Made by a program: the position numbers and the translations under genes. A model generated the notes under the pieces. It searched no databases and was not told the origin of the DNA. It saw only the letters and a list, made by a program, of their open reading frames with translations. A stretch of DNA of 64,000 nt from Octopus vulgaris (Eukaryota): the NCBI GenBank assembly GCA_951406725.2, contig OX597826.1, positions 59,582,001 through 59,646,000 on the forward strand, written 5' to 3'. Below are positions 13,941 to 27,537 of the stretch, in pieces (the stretch's first letter is position 1; every line of letters begins with the position of its first letter).

Positions 13941-13999
13941 GAAGAAGAAGAAGAAGAAGAAGAAGAACAACAACAACAACAATAATAATAATAATAACA

Positions 14000-14220
14000 A
14001 TCCTACGTTAAATACTGTCTATGTAATCTCAAATATTAAAACAAGCACATAATTGTCTTATGGTTTCTTAAACATTCTCTAGAACAGCACTATGTACAAA
14101 ACCAAATATATGGCATCCTATGCATAACACCAGCATGAACTTCCAACTTGTTGTCTCTTTAGGTCTCTGGGTGAGACTTGGAGCCAACTTATACAAATGC
14201 AAAACAAAAGTCAAACATAA
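14000..14220 (+). mobile_element. 5'-truncated Dong/R4-like retrotransposon 3' end (second family)
   Basis: Begins atcctacgttaaatactgtctatgtaa (ILR*ILSM*, compare HILRKTLSM* of the full element); 3' UTR motif and AAAAGT end shared; (TAA)n on both sides. Confidence 0.75.
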
Positions 14221-14321
<101 letters not shown>

Positions 14322-14556
14322 ATTTAATCCAACAACATCGTTGCAATGGAAGAAAGGTTCCACAAAATATCTTTTCCAAACTTTCTTTTAAGGCAAAGTA
14401 ACTAAAAAGTCCGAACTATTATTGCCATATATAGTATGGTTTTCTTTCTTTTATGCATAATATTTCCATGTGACATGCATAAGAAATAGAAGCGAACATC
14501 AGAGCTCTTGAAAGACAGTAAGTACATAAATTGATTAATTAATTAATTAATTAAAT

Positions 14557-14656
14557 AAGTATACATGCAACTGTTTATGCATACACGTAGACATTTTAAT
14601 TGTAAAGTATACATGCAACTGTTTGTGCATACATGTACACATTTTAATTATAAAGC
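14557..14656. repeat. 48-bp tandem duplication upstream of the Dong ORF
   Basis: aagtatacatgcaactgttt(a/g)tgcataca(c/t)gta(g/c)acattttaatt occurs twice. Confidence 0.9.
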
Positions 14657-14806
14657 ATAAATAATGCTTACACGCGCTCACACGTACACACAGAAAGAAA
14701 AACCACGTTACGCGGACGAAAACAAAACGAAAACAAAGCGATTTTTCACGAACAAACGCAAAAAAGAGCAAATTGGTCACTGAATTTAGAAAGTCACTGA
14801 ACAGTT

Positions 14807-17644
14807 ATGCCCGGAAACATGACTACCAAAAGAAATAGAGGCGAATTTCGATCTGTAAGTCTTATGCGAGTTCGATATGAACAATATATTAATTCGGAGA
14901 ATTCAGAAGCGGTGTCTTGTCAAAAAATTGACCCTGTACAAACACTCCCTTCTTCTAACGTCACCGTCACAGAAGCGGCGTCTTGTCAAAAAGTTGACCC
15001 TGAAAAAATGGACCCCTCTGATGTCGCCGTCAATCATTTAATGAAAACAAGCCAAAAATCATGCCGGATCGGTCATCGCCCGGGACAACAAGGACCGCGT
15101 TACCCAGTAGGGAACCAGACTGGGGTCGAAAAGTTTGCTGCTGGAACAAACTCTCAAAAAGACGATCTACCAGGTGACCAGAACCAGAATACTTCTAACT
15201 CTGGACTTGTAGTGACACCACCAAAAACACCACCTAAAGCAAAACGTATAAAATGGACCAGAGAGGACTATAGAGATGTGTTGAAAGCTTTTTATACAGC
15301 CCAACTAAACCCAAATAATAACCTCAGTGTACAAACATACATCTCATGGAGAAATTCAGTAGGCAATGACGTACGTAGATATATAGACGCAAATAAATTA
15401 AGTAATGTACGCAGAGATATAATTAAAAACAAAAGACTAACTGACGCTGAAATTGACAAAATTAGGACACTGATAGCTCATGGTAGACCAAAAGAAAACA
15501 GCAACAATGTAGACGAAATAGGTAACAGTAGCACAGAAGCCAGTGTACAAGCGGCAAATCAACTTCCCAATGGGGAAGTTAAACAAAGAATAGCGAAGAC
15601 GAGAGATTTGAAAAAAGAGGAGAACGTAGACCTTCCTCAAGAAAACCAAAATAGATATGACATAGAATTTGAGGTGAATAATAGAGAAAAGATTATGGAA
15701 GCAAAAGTGGACATTATGAGAGAACTCGGCAAGATTGAGCTCACTGACATGGTTAATAGAGAACCACTACCAAAGTTTTCAAATGGCACAAGAAATAACA
15801 ACACAATCATGACATATAACGTTGCCCTAGGACAGATCTTAAGAAATAAGGGGAATGATTTGACAACCTTAAATAATCTCATTTATTCCACTGCTAAAGT
15901 AGTAACTACCCAACTAGGTATTAAGATGACAAAGAAAAAGGCCAGGCATGTCAATGAACCTCCAAAGTGGAAAGTAGCGATACAAAAAGAGATTGAATTT
16001 CTGCGGGCGGATGTTTCAGTTCTCGATGAGCTTGCTAGAGGAGTGAATATTAAGCCGAGAAAAGCTAGAAAAATCAAGCAAAAATATAAAATCAAAGATC
16101 TCATAAACCTCCCTGCAACTAAGGAACTGTTGAAACAACGGATACAGTTGAAAGCTCAACGGCTTAGAAGGTATGACAAAAGAAACAAATTTTATCGACA
16201 AAATAAATTTTTTAAGACAGATGCAAAGAAATTTTATAGGGAAATTGGCAAAAATAAAATACACATAGAAGATCCACCTAAGATTGAGGAAGTGGAGGAG
16301 TTCTGGAAGAAGGTATGGAGCAACGAAAAAGAGTTTAATGCTGAGGCTGACTGGATAGAACGTGAGAAAGAGAGACTGGATGAACTTGAAGAACAGAAAT
16401 GGGAAGCAATAGGAATAGAGGAGCTAAGGTGTGTCCTTAGGAAGGCTCATAAATGGAAAACCCCAGGACTGGATCGGATCCCTAACTTCTGGCTGAATTG
16501 TTTGACAGAGGTACACGAACATCTCGCTGCATCTCTGTCTGATGTCATTCAGAACCCAGAGCAAATACCTGCTTGGCTGACTGAAGGAACCACCTACCTA
16601 TTACCTAAAACCGAAGACACAAAAAACCCAAAGAATTACCGGCCAATAACATGTCTCAACACCACCTACAAAATCCTCACATCCATAATAACGGAGAGAA
16701 TGTACGCTTTCCTTGAACAAAATTCTATCCTTCCACAAGCTCAAAAAGGTTGTAAAAGAAACTCTTATGGGTGCAAAGACCAATTGCTCATAAACAGAAT
16801 GATTGTAGAGAATTGCCGGAGCAAAAACAAAAACCTGAGTATGGCATGGATAGACTACAGGAAAGCGTATGACAGTGTCCCACATAAATGGATACTCAAG
16901 GCCCTTGAGATATACAAGATCTCTCCTGTCGTCTCAAAATTCTTAGAGAATAGCATGACCATGTGGAACACACGTCTCTTTCTAAGCCATAGTAATGGGA
17001 TGAGCCAGTCCAACAGCATCAACATCAAACGAGGCATCTTTCAAGGTGACTCCCTCTCTCCATTACTTTTTTGCATGGCACTGATCCCACTCTCAAACGA
17101 ATTGGATAGTACCAGATATGGGTACAAAGTTTTTAGTAAATTAATAAACCATCTTTTCTATATGGACGACCTAAAGCTGTTTGCCAGGAATGACCAAGAG
17201 CTAGAAGGGCTGCTAACAACTGTTAAAGAGTTTAGCAATGATATCGGAATGGATTTTGGCCTTGATAAGTGTGCTAAAGCAACTTTTGTAAGAGGCAAGC
17301 TCAGGCAAACAGCTTCTGTTAAATTAGATATTGACACTACCATCAAGGAACTTGACCCACAGGAAAGTTACAAATACCTAGGAATCAACGAAGGAGATGG
17401 TATACATCATGCTACTATGAAGGAAAAAATAAGAAAGGAATACTATAGGAGAATAAGGCTTGTACTGAAGACTGAACTCAACTCCAAAAATTGCATTGAG
17501 GCCATTAACACCCTGGCACTTCCAGTAGTCCAGTACAGTTTTAATATCATTAACTGGAACCTTACGGAACTCCAACGCTTAGACAGGAAGACAAGAAAGT
17601 TACTGACACATCCAAGAGCATGCACCACCCTAAGGCAGATGTAG
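14807..17644 (+). CDS. Dong/R4 polyprotein, N-terminal part and reverse transcriptase (frameshifted near 17608)
   Basis: RT motifs KTPGLD, YRPITCLNTTYK, AWIDYRKAYDSVPH, GIFQGDSLSPLLF, YMDD, FGLDKC, YKYLG. Confidence 0.95.
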   Translation: MPGNMTTKRNRGEFRSVSLMRVRYEQYINSENSEAVSCQKIDPVQTLPSSNVTVTEAASCQKVDPEKMDPSDVAVNHLMKTSQKSCRIGHRPGQQGPRYPVGNQTGVEKFAAGTNSQKDDLPGDQNQNTSNSGLVVTPPKTPPKAKRIKWTREDYRDVLKAFYTAQLNPNNNLSVQTYISWRNSVGNDVRRYIDANKLSNVRRDIIKNKRLTDAEIDKIRTLIAHGRPKENSNNVDEIGNSSTEASVQAANQLPNGEVKQRIAKTRDLKKEENVDLPQENQNRYDIEFEVNNREKIMEAKVDIMRELGKIELTDMVNREPLPKFSNGTRNNNTIMTYNVALGQILRNKGNDLTTLNNLIYSTAKVVTTQLGIKMTKKKARHVNEPPKWKVAIQKEIEFLRADVSVLDELARGVNIKPRKARKIKQKYKIKDLINLPATKELLKQRIQLKAQRLRRYDKRNKFYRQNKFFKTDAKKFYREIGKNKIHIEDPPKIEEVEEFWKKVWSNEKEFNAEADWIEREKERLDELEEQKWEAIGIEELRCVLRKAHKWKTPGLDRIPNFWLNCLTEVHEHLAASLSDVIQNPEQIPAWLTEGTTYLLPKTEDTKNPKNYRPITCLNTTYKILTSIITERMYAFLEQNSILPQAQKGCKRNSYGCKDQLLINRMIVENCRSKNKNLSMAWIDYRKAYDSVPHKWILKALEIYKISPVVSKFLENSMTMWNTRLFLSHSNGMSQSNSINIKRGIFQGDSLSPLLFCMALIPLSNELDSTRYGYKVFSKLINHLFYMDDLKLFARNDQELEGLLTTVKEFSNDIGMDFGLDKCAKATFVRGKLRQTASVKLDIDTTIKELDPQESYKYLGINEGDGIHHATMKEKIRKEYYRRIRLVLKTELNSKNCIEAINTLALPVVQYSFNIINWNLTELQRLDRKTRKLLTHPRACTTLRQM

Positions 17645-18714
17645 ACCGCTTGTACCTACCTAGAAGCAGCGGGGGGAGAGGAATGATGCAATTAGAGCTG
17701 TGCTATAAGACCTCTACTGTAGGAATGAACAGGTACCTATCTAGTACAAAGGACTGGATGCTGCGACTTGTGTGCGAACACGAAAGCAACAAAAAGCTGC
17801 ATTCTATTGTCAAGGAAGCTTATAAGTTCGAAAGGGAACTAGACATTAACCTTGAATCAGATGAAGAGCCGGAAACCACTGCTACCAAGCAAGCAAAGCG
17901 AATCAAGCAGACTGCAAAAAAGAACGGGCAGAATCAAATTGAGAGGCGGTGGAGCCAGAAGCCCCTGCATGGACAATATATTCTCCGAAGCCAAAATGCT
18001 GATGTAGACCAAGCAACAACCCATCAGTGGCTGAAGAGCTCTGGATTGAAAGCAGAGACTGAAGGTTTCATAATGGCAGCACAAGATCAAAGCTTGTTTA
18101 CCAGAAATTACCAGGCTAACGTTCTCCGAAACGGTACTGACCCTAAATGCAGATTCTGCGACACATTTGACGAAACGATAGACCATCTCGTTTCGGGATG
18201 TCCTGTGCTGACACCAAACGAATACAAAAATCGCCACGATAGGGTAGGACAGTATATACATTGGAAGATATGTAAACACTACAAATCCGACACTCCTGCT
18301 AACTGGTATGAACACCATCCTCAGCCAGTTGTTGAAGGTAAAGATGTCACCATCCTCTGGGATTTTCCAGTCAACACTGACAGAACGATCAAGGCTAATC
18401 GACCAGACATAATTGTTAAAGACAGGGAAGAAAATACCTGCAGACTAATAGAAGTAAGCGTCCCCACTGATAAAAATGTATCTGTCAAGGAATTTGACAA
18501 ACTTAGTAAATATAAGGACCTGGAAATCGAAATACAGAGGATGTGGAATCTTAAAACAAAAACTGTTCCTGTTATTGTAGGTGCCCTAGGTATGATAAAA
18601 AAGGGATGTCAGAAACACCTAGACAATATCCCTGGAAAACCATGTCTCAAGGAAATCCAAAAGATTGTGCTAACAAGTACTGCCCACATCCTTAGAAAAA
18701 CCCTATCAATGTAA
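17620..18714 (+). CDS. Dong/R4 polyprotein, C-terminal part: CCHC zinc knuckle and restriction-like endonuclease
   Basis: RLYLPRSSGGRG, CRFC...HLVSGC, RHD, RPDII...IEVSV, KLSKY. Confidence 0.95.
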   Translation: MHHPKADVDRLYLPRSSGGRGMMQLELCYKTSTVGMNRYLSSTKDWMLRLVCEHESNKKLHSIVKEAYKFERELDINLESDEEPETTATKQAKRIKQTAKKNGQNQIERRWSQKPLHGQYILRSQNADVDQATTHQWLKSSGLKAETEGFIMAAQDQSLFTRNYQANVLRNGTDPKCRFCDTFDETIDHLVSGCPVLTPNEYKNRHDRVGQYIHWKICKHYKSDTPANWYEHHPQPVVEGKDVTILWDFPVNTDRTIKANRPDIIVKDREENTCRLIEVSVPTDKNVSVKEFDKLSKYKDLEIEIQRMWNLKTKTVPVIVGALGMIKKGCQKHLDNIPGKPCLKEIQKIVLTSTAHILRKTLSM

Positions 18715-18872
18715 ATGTCTGTGTTTGCATTACATGGAGATATATCTCTACTTCCCCTCCCCAAGCTTTCAGCTATATTTCAACAACTCTTAACCTTCAC
18801 TTGCCCTAGGGCGCTGGGTGTGCCCCGGCAGGTGATTGCATCAAACATGCAGATTAAAAGTAAATGACAATG

Positions 18873-18994
<122 letters not shown>

Positions 18995-19757
18995 ACATTT
19001 TTGAACAGAGCCAGTTATTTTGAGAGGAGGAAGGAGTCGATTGCATTGATGGCTGTGCTCGATTAGTTTTTATTTTATTAATTCCGAAAGATTGAAAAAT
19101 AATGTTGATCACGGGTAAAATTTGAACGCAGAAGGGAAAGAGCCGGAATAAATACCGTTAGGCATTTAATAATGGTGGTGATGATGATGATGATGATGAT
19201 GCTGTTGATGACGAAGACGACGACAAGTACACAAGAAATGTAGATTATAAAATATGGCGATTACTTCCTTACACGGGTATCTCGAAATTAGTAATAAACT
19301 TTGTTTGATTGATTCATTCTTCAATTGCAAAAAGATTGGCTTTCTTTTCTATAGTAAGCAATAGAAAGGAAACGCATCATTGCCAGTATAGTACGGAAAC
19401 AGTAAATATTTTATGATGTGGAAAAATATCGTTTAAATCAAACGATGTAGAGAATGGCGACCGTCTTAAAAACTGTACCAAAGTATATGAAGAAAAATTA
19501 ATTGTACATCAATGATGAAGTTAAAGCGCCAAGTTTATAATAAAATAAATGGAATTATACAGTTTCTTTTTAGATATAGTTGGGTAGAATCCAAGAATTG
19601 GAAAACTATTATTTAAAATACACGAAATCATTTGCAAGACATGGTATATGTGTTTCTTGGTGTTCGCTTAAGTTTTATTATAATTTTTTTTTCGACTACT
19701 TTCTTCTCTCCTGCATTTTACTGCGTTCATTCCTTCTCCCACCCGATTATCTGTCTG

Positions 19758-19825
<68 letters not shown>

Positions 19826-19880
19826 GTCTGTCTGTCTGTCTCTCTAATCTTTCTATTTATATATCTATGTGTCTACCTAC

Positions 19881-19946
<66 letters not shown>

Positions 19947-20368
19947 GGCACGTATGAATGACGAAGCCACCTTGAGCATGATCCTATGAACCCAGAAATT
20001 GAAAACAGAGAGTTGCTTATTCGCAAAAAAAAAAAAAGAAATATAACATGTGACTCCATTGACCGAGGTTACCGTGGTCTTTTCCGTAGGCTTTTCTTTC
20101 CACGGGTAAACCTCACCTGTCCTCCCTTTACACTTCATATTGACATTTCTGTGATAACGATCCCTATTGATCAAATTTTTTTTTCCTCTCCCCCTTTTTT
20201 TAACCCCCCTTTTTTTAACCCCCTTTTTTGTCCTCTTTCTCTCCTTTTACGATCCCTTTTGATCGAAACTCCCCCTTCCTTTTTTTTTTTTTAAACCTTC
20301 AAAGAAAAGCTCTACCTTGTAATTTGTTCTATCTGTGTGCAGCCCTGTGTGGCTAATGAAGAAACATA
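19947..20368 (+). mobile_element. 5'-truncated non-LTR element in (TCTA)n, copy 1 (possibly Tx1/L1-like)
   Basis: Homologous to 51056-51390 and 53565-53783 with a common 3' end; short possible ORF end [13 protein letters not shown]; (TCTA)n on both sides. Confidence 0.7.
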
Positions 20369-20409
20369 TCTATCTATCTATCTATCTGTCTGTCTATCTG
20401 TCTGTCTGT

Positions 20410-20462
<53 letters not shown>

Positions 20463-21504
20463 AGATTACTTCCTTACACGAGTATCTTGAAATTAGTAAT
20501 AAACTTTGTTTGATTGATTCATTCTACAATTGCAATAAGAGGGAGTGTTTGTCAAGGATAGGACTACACAGCCACAGCAGGAGATGTATTAGGACATGAA
20601 ATGTAAAAGCCGGACTAGAATATTTTATGCGCAATTCCATTGTCTCCCGAGATAAAAAAAAAAAAAGATGCCAACAACACACACACACACATATATCGTT
20701 CACAAAATAATGTAAGAAGTACATTTACTAAACCCATTTTACCCCCCTCCCCCAGTTTCCCCATTTTCTCCTACTTTTCTGCAAACATATTTTATCACTA
20801 TTAGTCTTTCCACAAACTTTACCACGTCTAGTATTTGAACAACATGTTAAAAATATAACGAAGATATAAGGTAAACCAGTACAGTTATTTATACTAAATT
20901 CACTAGAGCAAAAGAAAAAAATACTATACGCTGAAATATTTATCAGAACTTACTTTATAAATATACAATTTAGAGGAAAAAAATATATGTAATTTTACAA
21001 TTTATAATTACATTTTCTTCAACGCAAAAGCTTTATCAATTTTTTTTTCTCCTTCTAGTTTCAAAAACTAAAAAAAACATCATCAAGTGTTTTAATAGTA
21101 CATAGAGAAAGAAATATATATAATTGATTTTGGAATACTAAGTTTTCCGAAGCCAGAAATTTTATATACGACAAAACTTCCTAATGAAAACCTTAGAGTG
21201 GCGTTGATTTGTATTTTCCTTGGGGGTGTACAAGTATATATGAATACGTTGTTTGTGCCATATACGGTTTAGATAGTTTCACATACAGACTCACATACAC
21301 TCACACATACATGTATGTAACTATTTTAAGTATTTTGCTAAAATTTCTATGCATGAATCTATATATTGATATAGAGCTAACTTATATATCTTTGTGAGGA
21401 TGGATAGTCATTTTTTCATATATAGATCTCTACCTCACTTTATCTATCTTACACTTTCTGTCAATCACATATCCCTCCATTTATCCTTCCATCTCTCTCT
21501 CCTT

Positions 21505-21780
<276 letters not shown>

Positions 21781-22287
21781 TGACTGTCTGTCTGTATGTT
21801 TATCTGTGTATCTATCTATCTATTTGTCTGTCTGTCTGTCGCTCTGTCATTTTATCCGTCTGTCTGTCTGCATATATCTATCTCTCTATCTACCAATCTG
21901 TTTGTCTCTCTGTCTGTCTGTCTATATATCAACCCATACTGCTATCTCTGTATCTATATTTATCAGTCTATATATCTACGCTTGTTTATATACCACTATT
22001 AAATTCATACACGTAAAACGACAGAAAAAAATAATGAAATACACCAATTACATTGAAATTACAATTTGACAAACCCGTCTGATTATTACGATCATGTAAA
22101 TTCCAAATTGGATATAACACAATATACATTATTAGATGGCAACATCTGTGAAGACTATGTTCTTTAGTATACACTTGACAAATTTTCTATATTTTTTATG
22201 TATTGTTTCTATCTTTCATGAAGCAGCGAACGCACTCTAGAAGAAGCTCTATAATACTAACCGTGAAAATATACTAGTTCTCAAATA

Positions 22288-22633
22288 TATTTCTTTAATG
22301 TCCACAAGGAGCTAAAGATAGAGGGGAGAAACAAGGACAGACAAAGGGATTAAGTCGATTACATCGATCCCAGTGCGTAACTGGTACTTTATTTATCGAC
22401 CCCGAAAGGATGAAAGACAAAGTCGACCTCGGCGGGATTAAAACTCAGAACGTAACGACAGACGAAATACCAATTTCTTTACTATCCACAAGGGGCTAAA
22501 CACAGAGGGGGACAAACAAGGACAGACAAACGGATTAAGTCGATTATATCGACCCCAGTTCGTAACTGGTGCTTATTTAATCGACCCCGAAAGGATCGAA
22601 AGGCGTGCTAACGTTTCGGCCAGCTCGCCGCGT
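22288..22633 (-). mobile_element. SINE family C, dimeric body
   Basis: Two units of about 180 bp; 18-bp TSD tatactagttctcaaata at 22270 and 22634. Confidence 0.9.
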
Positions 22634-22904
22634 TATACTAGTTCTCAAATAGCTACCGCAAATTCTTCGTATATTTGTATTCGCGACTTATAAGCATTAC
22701 AAACAAATCTCTAAAACGGTCGGGCCTAATTAGAATCAGATAGGTTATATATGCATCCCTAGAATTCACTATTCGATCCCGGTTATGCATTACAGATTAT
22801 TTCTTCTATTATATACGTATCATATATATTAGCAATCTTCACTCTGGTTCTACAACATAATCCTTTCGAATGAATATATTTGGTAAGGTTATAATATATC
22901 CAGT

Positions 22905-23216
22905 GTGGACGCGCAATGGCCCAGTGGTTAGCACAGCAAACTCGCGGTCGTAGGATCGTGGTTTCGATTCCCAGACCGGGCGTTGTGAGTGTTTATTAAG
23001 CGGAAACGCCTAAATCTCCACGAGGTTCCGGCAGTGGGGTGGTGGCCATCCCTGCTGTATTCTTTCGCCACAAATTTCTCTCACTCATCCTTCTGATGGC
23101 CTGTTCGCTTAGCCAGCGGGGTGGCGTCATTTGAAGGCTACAACAATGCGAAGCGCATTGTGACCAGCGATGTGTAGCAACATCTGATAGCCTGGTCGGC
23201 CACGGTGATCACGGTG
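22905..23216 (+). mobile_element. SINE with family A head and tail type 2
   Basis: A and B boxes; tail ...cacggtgatcacggtgat; TSD ataatatatc(c/t)agt at 22891 and 23217. Confidence 0.9.
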
Positions 23217-23613
23217 ATAATATATCTAGTAAGCGCTTTACCAGTACACAGATCACATTTCAACATATTTACAATATTGATATGTGACAATTCGTCTACG
23301 TTCGTATCTCTTTAACAGATCTTGATACGCTGTACTGCATACTTATATATAACATGATGAAAGAGAAAAATAGTTAAGGCTGGATGCGAATTTAGAGTTA
23401 CAGCGAATAGAACACAGTAATTGTTTCCTTTGACATCTGTGTGTCTCATATGCGTAATGTATTTGTATACACACACACACAAAAATACATACGTACGTAC
23501 ACACATACATATATAAATACGTACGTACGTACTTACCTACATACGTACATACATGCATACTTAGATACAACACACACATGCATATATACACGTATATATA
23601 CATATACATCTAT

Positions 23614-23683
<70 letters not shown>

Positions 23684-23687
<4 letters not shown>

Positions 23688-23869
23688 CTTTACTACCCAC
23701 AAGGGGCTAAACACAGAGGGGACAAACAAGGACAGACAAACGGGTTAAATCGATTACATCAACTCCAGTGCGTAACTGGTACTTAATTTATCGCTCCCCG
23801 AAAGGATGAAAGGCAAAGTCGACCTCGGCGGAATTAGAACTCAGAACGTAACGGCAGACGAAATACGGC
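23684..23869 (-). mobile_element. SINE family C monomer
   Basis: tttctttactacccacaaggggc...gaactcagaacgtaacggcagacgaaatac. Confidence 0.9.
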
Positions 23870-24168
23870 ATATATATACATATGTACATATATACACATA
23901 CGTACATCCATAAAGCCATACATACATACATGCATAAATACACTTATACACACGTGTACATATGTTTGTTTATTGTCAATATTGGCATTCACGTTAATTT
24001 CTGTTATATCTCTTCTACAAAGGACACAACTTCGGTATTTGGAGGTAAGTGATTTCGGCCAAACTAATTCATAGTTCATAATCAAAACAATTTTCAGTTG
24101 CAGACTGTTTTCACAAAATTTGTAATACACATAGATTGGATGACATATTCTGAATATTAATGGTATAT

Positions 24169-24697
<529 letters not shown>

Positions 24698-26129
24698 ACA
24701 TGAATGTTTCATATATAGTTTAACTAAAATCGAAGCATTGTGCTTATGTTTTAGAGAGCCGTAGTTAATTTTTGTTCAGAATTGCTCTCTGCGTCAGGCG
24801 TTACTGAGATAGATCCGACTGAATGTCGCCTTCAGAATCCGTTCTCTGTATAGCATGAACTACCCAAATTCGTTGAAAATAATTGAGCAATAAAACTAGT
24901 TGATTTGATAGACAGAACAATTTAAGACGAAGCCTCTGCATGGCCGCAGTCCAATCAGCGAAATAAGCGAAAGAATAAAAGAGTTATTTGTCTTATATTT
25001 CTCTTTTAGTGACTTGATATAAAACTTCGTTGATGTGTCTTCATTGTTAACCTCTGTACTCCATCTTAGTAACTGTGTGACAAATATAAAGAAATCTTTA
25101 CTTTTGTTCCGTTTGAGGTGGCGTTAATATATTTGATATGAGTTATATTTGAGTGGTTTAATACATATTTTATGTGTAGTTTTATATAACATCTTTGACA
25201 TGTCTGAGATGTAATGCGTCTGATAGCTTTAAATGCACTTGATATTTAATGCGTGTAATAGCTTTAATATTATCGATTTATAATATATTTGACAACTGTG
25301 AAATGATAATAATACATTTGATGTGTAATGTCTTTGATAGCTATACTGTGACTGATGTATATTATGTCTGATGTTTAGAGTCTAACGTTGTGTTTCTGTT
25401 TTATAGGCAATGAATGGCATGATATGGCTTATGTCTTCGTGAATTATGGAATGTATGACGTGTAGCCATTGTATGAAAAATTGTAGACTGAGCAGAAATT
25501 CTATTGATAAATCCAAAAAAGGAAACTCAGGCTTGTCTGTAGCTTCGTTTGACGGGATGAGTGCAGAAAAATAAACCTAAAAACAAAACAACTGATGATA
25601 TAAGCTTTATGCAGTTGTTTGAAAGTGAGAGTTTCATATATTTAAGTAATGGATTGCGGAAAGTGGAAAAAAAAAAAGCGTACGAATAGATAGTGAAGTA
25701 GCGAACATTGCATGGTAATTCTAATGTCTCATGATTTATTTCGTTATATATCCTAGCCTAGAAATTTAAATTTTTAGAACACTGCTGCGATTATTTCCTT
25801 CGTAGTTTGTCTATAAGATAAAAAGAGAATATCAAAAAGAAAAACACTACAAGACAAGTAACTCAGTGAACTGAGTATTCAACAGTTTGAGTCATTCATT
25901 GTCTGAAACAAATGATTTGCTTCATACGTAAAAGTTATAAAGTATATCACAATTATCCATCTCGGTTTCAAAGTTTGACAAAAGACCAGTAATTTCGCGG
26001 GTGGAGATAAGTCGATGACATCAACTCCAGTGCCTAGCTGGTTATTAACTACCGCCATAATAATGCACATAAAATTTGATCTTATAACTTTCCAATAAGG
26101 AAGTCATGTACAAAATAAATTATGAGTTC

Positions 26130-26620
26130 CCACAACGTCTGGAAGCCGTTCAGCGACGTGCAACCAAAAGAATACCTTCCATCAGGCATTTGCCATATTC
26201 TGTACGCCTTACTTCCCTGGGCATGGACACATTGAAACTCCGACGTCTGGCAGCTGACTTGGCAGACACCCATAAAATTATCAACCATCTTACAAACAAT
26301 AACTCTGAGCACCCTTTTAAAACTCCACCCATCTAACACCCGTGGACATATTTACAAAATCAGAAAACAGCACAGCTCCCATGACTTTAAGAAACATTTT
26401 TTTCACGCTGAGAGTTGCTGAAGCGTGGAACAAACTGCCGGCATCAGTTGTTAGTTGTCGGAGCACTGTATCCTTCAAAACTTCCATGCTTTCTGAGATT
26501 TCCCCCCCTCCAGACACACGCAAGCATGTATCGGACAGATACATATACTTTAGACGCACTTTCTGACAAGTTATGGTGCACCTGAGCACTGTATACAATA
26601 ATTTCATTATTATTTTATTG
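26130..26620 (+). pseudogene. CR1-type LINE 3' fragment
   Basis: LEAVQRRATKRIP..LPYSVRLTSLGMDTLKLRRL..DL, NTRGH, FFTLRVAEAWNKLP, followed by a short (ATT)n tail. Confidence 0.85.
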
Positions 26621-27147
26621 TTTTTTTAAAAAAGCTCCAAACTATATTCAGAACTATTTGCAAAATACACACATACATTTATGCAATGTCGATAGAGGAA
26701 CAACTTGGCTTAGTACTTTTTGCGCGTTTATAACGACCACATTTTACATATTTTGATAATTAGAAATAACATATAAAAAATATCAATGCTTAAAATATAT
26801 CTAAGAGATAGCCTACAAGATTCATCTCTTTAAATAAGTTAGAACTTATAAATAGCAACCAAATATTTTCCGGAACAATGATCCTGTATGAACAAACATG
26901 CTGACCAATAAACTTTCTATCTACCTGCATACGCTTGCGAATATTAAAACATCTAAGAAATTTTCCGTACTAATATCACTGTGACATGCTAAGGTGATAA
27001 CCAAAACCATCCCATTATAAACAGATGAAAAAATATACATGATACTAACCTGCTAGCTGACTAGATCTTATCACCTACTCACATACGTCTGTGAAATCTT
27101 AGACATTAAACACGCAAAAACTGACATATGAAATAGCACACCTAGGA

Positions 27148-27537
27148 TGGAAGCACTCCGTCGGTTACGACGACGAGGGTTCCGGTTGATCCGATCAAAT
27201 CAACGGAACAGCCTGCTCGTGAAATTAACGTGTAAGTGGCTGAGCACTCCACAGACACGTGCACCCTTAACTTATTTCTCGGGGATATTCAGCGTGACAC
27301 AGAGAGTGACAAGGCCGGCCCCTTGAAATACAGGTACAACAGAAACAAGAAGTAAGAGTGAGAGAAAGTTGTGGTGAAAGAGTACAGCAGGGATCACGAC
27401 CATCCCCTGCCGGAGCCTCGTGGAGCTATTTAGGTGTTTTCGCTCAATAAACACTCACAAAGCTCGGTTTGGGAATCGAAACCGCGATCCTATGACCGCG
27501 AGTCCGCTGCCCTAACCACTGGGCCATTGCACCTCCA
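27148..27537 (-). mobile_element. SINE family A, full length
   Basis: tRNA-like head; TSD atgaaatagcacacctag at 27128 and 27543. Confidence 0.92.

Noticed and set aside
14990-15135. Canonical HDV-like ribozyme at the Dong 5' end
   Set aside because: The L3 CC / P1.1 GG pairing and a convincing P2 could not be built; kept only as an unclassified structure
17600-17644. Programmed ribosomal frameshift between the two Dong ORFs
   Set aside because: R4/Dong elements are single-ORF, there is no slippery heptamer, and a CA duplication explains the break
15437-18318. Minus-strand ORFs inside the Dong element
   Set aside because: Antisense shadows of the real ORF with no recognisable motifs
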